Shown here one piece after another: positions 63,168 through 64,000 of a stretch of DNA of 64,000 bases. The first letter of the stretch is position 1; each line of letters starts with the position of its first letter. The position numbers were made by a program, and so were the translations under genes. Source of the stretch: Deltaproteobacteria bacterium (lineage in GTDB: Bacteria > Myxococcota > Kuafuiibacteriia > Kuafuiibacteriales > Kuafuiibacteriaceae); assembly GCA_016703535.1 (NCBI GenBank), contig JADJBV010000001.1, positions 6,382,270 through 6,446,269 on the forward strand. The letters are read 5' to 3'. A model generated the notes under the pieces. That model did no database searches, was not told where the DNA came from, and worked only from the letters and a program-made list of their open reading frames with translations.

Positions 63168-64000
63168 GCGCCGCGCCGTCCCGCCGGTACTGCTTGATCA
63201 CCCCTTGCCGCGACGAGGCCGCTTACGCCCGTCGCTCCTTGGACAGCGTGGTCCGTCAGAGTGTGCCGCCGACCAAGTGGATCATCGTCGACGACGGCTC
63301 CACCGACGACACGCCCCAGATCTTGGCCGAATACGCGGCCCGTTTCCCGTTCATCCAGATCGTGACCCGCAAAGATCGCGGCAAACGGGCGGTGGGCCCG
63401 GGGGTGATCGACGCCTTCTACGCGGGTTGGGACCAGATCCGGCCCGCCGACTACGACTACGTCTGCAAGCTGGACCTCGATCTCGATCTACCGCCCCGAT
63501 ATTTCGAACGGCTGATGGAGTTGATGGAGGCCGATCCGCGCTTGGGTACGGTCAGCGGCAAGCCGTATTTTGAAGAGAACGGCGGCCTGGTCAGCGAAAA
63601 GTGCGGCGACGAGATGTCGGTCGGGATGACCAAGTTTTATCGAACTCGCTGCTTCGAGCAGATCGGCGGCTTCGTGCGCCAGGTGATGTGGGACGGCATC
63701 GACTGTCACCGGGCCCGGATGTTGGGCTGGAAGGCCGCTTCACTCGACGAATTGGAGCTCCGCTTCATCCACCTCCGGCCGATGGGTTCCTCCCAAAAGG
63801 GCATCTACACCGGCCGCATGCGCCACGGGTACGGCCAGTATTTTATGGGCACCGGCCTGCTCTACATGACGGCGAGTTCGGTCTTCCGCTTGACCCACCC
63901 GCCGGCCGTCACCGGCGCCGCCGCCATGTGGTGGGGCTACGCCAAGAGCCGCCTCAAAGGTGAGGCCCGCTACGACGACGAGGCCTTCCGTAAGTTTTTG
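63164..64000 (+). CDS. Family 2 glycosyltransferase (5' 279 codons; runs off window end)
   Basis: Absent from the ORF track because it has no stop in the window. ATG 63164 overlaps the asnB stop (ATGA). Manual translation gives 'MSAAPSRRYCLITPCRDEAAYARRSLDSVVRQSVPPTKWIIVDDGSTDDTPQIL...DYDYVCKLDLDLDL', the GT-A DxD-type signature. Confidence 0.8.
   Translation, partial: MSAAPSRRYCLITPCRDEAAYARRSLDSVVRQSVPPTKWIIVDDGSTDDTPQILAEYAARFPFIQIVTRKDRGKRAVGPGVIDAFYAGWDQIRPADYDYVCKLDLDLDLPPRYFERLMELMEADPRLGTVSGKPYFEENGGLVSEKCGDEMSVGMTKFYRTRCFEQIGGFVRQVMWDGIDCHRARMLGWKAASLDELELRFIHLRPMGSSQKGIYTGRMRHGYGQYFMGTGLLYMTASSVFRLTHPPAVTGAAAMWWGYAKSRLKGEARYDDEAFRKFL

Overview
This is 64 kb of very GC-rich bacterial chromosome, most likely from a myxobacterium (Myxococcota). 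Supporting signs are a MYXO-CTERM-like tail (GCGC...LLFLLRRRR), about 13 Myxococcus-type cysteine-rich repeats, and many lipoproteins with Asp/Pro/Ala-rich linkers. All calls come from reading the ORF track and the DNA by eye. No BLAST, HMM or structure search was run, so family names are motif-level recognitions.

Layout:
(i) 1-9.3 kb holds one edge of a type VI secretion locus: tssM (open at the window start), tssL, tssK and tssJ. With it are an unusual vWA-TM-FHA-FHA membrane protein, a divergent PP2C-FHA phosphatase and a second paralogous vWA protein.
(ii) 9.3-23.1 kb holds secreted and lipoprotein genes. These include a 1350-aa Cys-repeat/Kelch protein, an FGE-sulfatase-like protein and a LamG-like lipoprotein.
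(iii) 23.1-26.3 kb is a three-gene operon: cytochrome b, a 7-heme cytochrome c and a 23-motif multiheme cytochrome c.
(iv) 26.4-40.4 kb is a mosaic accessory region. It starts at a truncated fatty-acid-hydroxylase remnant and continues with an HD-Pnk + RNA ligase repair pair. Next come two partial, permuted IS91-family transposase fragments sharing a ~150-bp direct repeat, and a 5'-truncated Kelch gene. Between the IS91 fragments lies an ~8.3-kb lower-GC island. The island encodes a SAM-methyltransferase/DUF1848 pair and a minus-strand gene string: HExxH protein, wHTH-DUF488, a 277-aa unknown, a ThsA-type SIR2-SLOG protein and a minimal ThiC-like radical-SAM enzyme.
(v) 40.4-64 kb holds an alcohol dehydrogenase, an AAA+/membrane/TPR operon, a PKD lipoprotein, a hybrid histidine kinase, a 1375-aa LVIVD/cytochrome-c-peroxidase-like protein, a 1298-aa caspase-fold protein, asparagine synthase and a GT2 glycosyltransferase (open at the window end).

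The best candidate for an undescribed system is the TIR-less, Thoeris-like SIR2-SLOG + ThiC-like pair and its island context.

Many long ORFs in the track are antisense or shadow ORFs typical of high-GC DNA and were not called.
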